Origin: Podospora anserina
Taxonomy: Eukaryota
Reading direction: 5' to 3'
DNA: 64,000 bases
Assembly: GCA_017654855.1 (NCBI GenBank)
Contig: CM030335.1
Location: forward strand, 806,001 to 870,000
This document shows, piece after piece, positions 61,601 through 64,000 of the stretch. The translations under genes and the position numbers were made by a program. How positions within the stretch are numbered: the first letter of the stretch is position 1; the number at the start of each line of letters is the position of its first letter. The notes beneath the pieces were generated by a model. It saw only the letters and a program-made list of their open reading frames with translations. It did no database searches and was not told the DNA's origin.

Positions 61601-63759
61601 TATTAACTTTCTCTTTACGTTATACCTTCCTTATATCTTTTTAATTAAATTATACTTTTTTACTTTCCGGCTATTCCTTTTTACTAATATATATTTTACT
61701 TTTTTTAATATAATATAATCTTTACACTTTATTATACCTTTTCTTTAAATATTCTGTCGATTTAATATAATAATTAATTTTACTATACTAAAAATACTTT
61801 CTTAATAAGGAAAGGTTATTATAGTACTACCCCCTTAATCTTTCGAATTAAATTTTAATATTAATAATAAAAAAAATATTAAAAAATAAATTTATTTTTT
61901 TATTAAAATTAATATTAAAATTTAAAGAATAAAGTATTTAGTTTTTTAAATATTAAATACGGATCTTTATTATCCTAAATTTACCGTTTCCCGGTATAAA
62001 AAAACTATTATAAATATTCGTCCTTAAATATTATAATACTATTTCTTTATTTATTATAACGTTAACCACTATATATTAATTAAGTACCTCGGCCGCTTAA
62101 TTAAAGGTAATAAAGGAAAGTATAATAATTAATTTATTTTCTTTATAGATTCTTCCTCTTACATTATATTTATCTTCGATTATATTATTAATTTAATTAC
62201 TTTAAATAATAAAATTTATAGATTTTAAATAATATTCAAATCTTTTTTAATTAATAAAAATTATTTTTATTAATTTAAAGAATTTTATTTAAAAATAATT
62301 AATAACCCTAGTTTTTACTACCTTTTTTTCCCCGGTTAATACTCGAAAGAATAATTTAAAATAATTAAAAATAATTTTCTTTAATTCGCTTATACTTTTA
62401 AAAATAACTTTAATATAAAAATTATTTAATTCCCTATAAATATCTTCGTTTTATTAGGAATTATAAATTTTAAAAAAATATTTAAAATAAATAACTAGAA
62501 TAAACTAAATATTAATAAATATAAATAGGTTTATATATTCGTTAATCTATTTTCCTATATCGAAATTATATTAAAATTTAAATTTATAAATATAAAAAAT
62601 AAATTCTATAATATAATATTCTTTATAAATATTTTTAAAATGCTTTAAAGATTTTATAAAGTATTTTCTTTTAAGATTATTTTTAAAATCGATTTTCTTT
62701 GGATTAAGGAATTTATATTAAAAAAAATATATAAATACTATAAGATAAGGGGTTAAATAATTAAACGTAAAGGACCTTTAAAAATAATAATAATCGGGGT
62801 AAGCTTTTATAGGATATAAATATTTAGGTTATTAAAATTAATATACGAACCTAAAAGAAAAAGCGGGATATCCGGTATACCGAGTAGGAGGTATAATATA
62901 ATTTTAAATAATAAAATTTAAATAAGTACGAAGTTTATTTAATATATTAGGAGCGTTAAGCTTTATAATCAAGCTACTTTAATTAAAAAAGAGGTAAAGG
63001 GTTTTAATATTTTTAAAATAAGCGCGGTTCGTAGCCGGGAAAAAAATAAATAATAATAATTCCAGGGATCTAGCCGCCGAAATAATTATTTTTATTACGG
63101 AACGAGCCGTAAAAGTTTAATACCTTTAATTATTACCGGGAAAATTAATTAAAGTAATAAGTAAAATATTATTAAATATATTAATACTCGATAATTATTA
63201 TTATATTTACGTTAATAATATAGTTTTTTCTTTATATATATTATTAAAAATATAAAAATAATTATCCTTTATAATTTTAATATATAAATATAAATTATAT
63301 TTATTTAAATTAAAAGGAAAGTATTTTTATTTCTTTATTTTTAAATTCCCGATATTCTAAATTAAATTAACCCGGAAATTTTTACGATTATTTATTATTA
63401 CTAAATAATATACTAAAAAGATTCCTTTTAATTAAAAATAAAAAAGAATTTTAATAATTAATATAGAAATAAAATTTATTAACGAATTAATTTTAATTAA
63501 TATTTTTAATTTATTTCCCGGTTTTATCCGGACTATATATTTAACTTTTTACTCGCGAGTAAAAAATTTAAAGTTTAATTGATAATAAAAAAGTTTTATC
63601 CGATTAAACGAAGAAAAATCGTTTCCGTTAAACTTCGCGGGGTTTAATAAAGTTATCGGTATTTATTATTATTTATAACTTCGTACTTCCTCTAATACCT
63701 AAGGCTTATAAATCTAATTTAGACCCTAAGCTTTACTTAACCCGGGTATAATCTCTATT

Positions 63760-64000
63760 TAAAATAGTAAGAAAATATATAAAACAATTATAATACTATA
63801 AATATACCTTTAATAGGTTTTAAAATAAATATACTTACGTAATAGTAACTCGCTCGCAGGCCGTACTTCACGTAAAACAAAGAAAAGACACTATAGGCTC
63901 GCAGGCCACATAATAAGTACCGGATTAGCCTGATTAGAGGGCCAGAATTGCCTGCACGCGTGTAAGGCATAAAATACGAAGAAAAGAATAAAAGTCGATG
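63760..64000 (-). repeat. 5' LTR of the large gypsy element (partial, cut by the window end)
   Basis: Shares GCTCGCAGGCCACATAATAAGTACCGGATTAGCCTGATTAGAGGGC with the 52263 copy. Most differences are C/T or G/A. Confidence 0.88.

Larger units (their letters stand above)
52263..64000 (-). mobile_element. Large RIP-inactivated Ty3/gypsy retrotransposon (about 11.8 kb; runs past the window end)
   Basis: Direct repeats start at 52263 and 63760. Minus-strand relics: protease LNIGSEYNLI (=LDTGSECNL, about 60490), RT LYLNDIIVKG (=YLDDI.VKG, 58576-58587), RNase H FNINLTG*GAVI (=FDASLTGWGAVI, about 58070), integrase YYNEIGYKGREATY (=CHDEMGHKGREATY, about 57330). Confidence 0.9.

Overview
Filamentous ascomycete DNA with GT-AG introns, CTRAC/CTAAC branch points and RIP-mutated repeats. 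Gene style and LTR types suggest Sordariales, probably the Podospora group (inference, not verified). Three zones. (1) 1.3-28.1 kb: a complete galactosaminogalactan (GAG) exopolysaccharide cluster (gtb3, uge3, sph3, ega3, agd3) with an extra three-exon small secreted 8-Cys gene inside it. (2) 29-44.6 kb: a decaying accessory zone with a pseudogenised L-lactate dehydrogenase / PEP synthase pair, an Rds1-like gene, a secreted-protein gene whose frame continues past a TGA, a 5'-truncated and locally RIP-hit NLR-like (WHD-ankyrin-ZZ) pseudogene, and an open, intronless PD-(D/E)XK-type nuclease gene. (3) 44.97-64 kb: an AT-rich RIP-degraded LTR retrotransposon nest with nested solo LTRs and TSDs, and a Ty3/gypsy element interrupted in its integrase by a second, about 11.8 kb, opposite-strand Ty3/gypsy element that carries about 3 kb of extra sequence with a relic antisense reading frame. 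All family calls come from motif recognition by eye; no searches were run.
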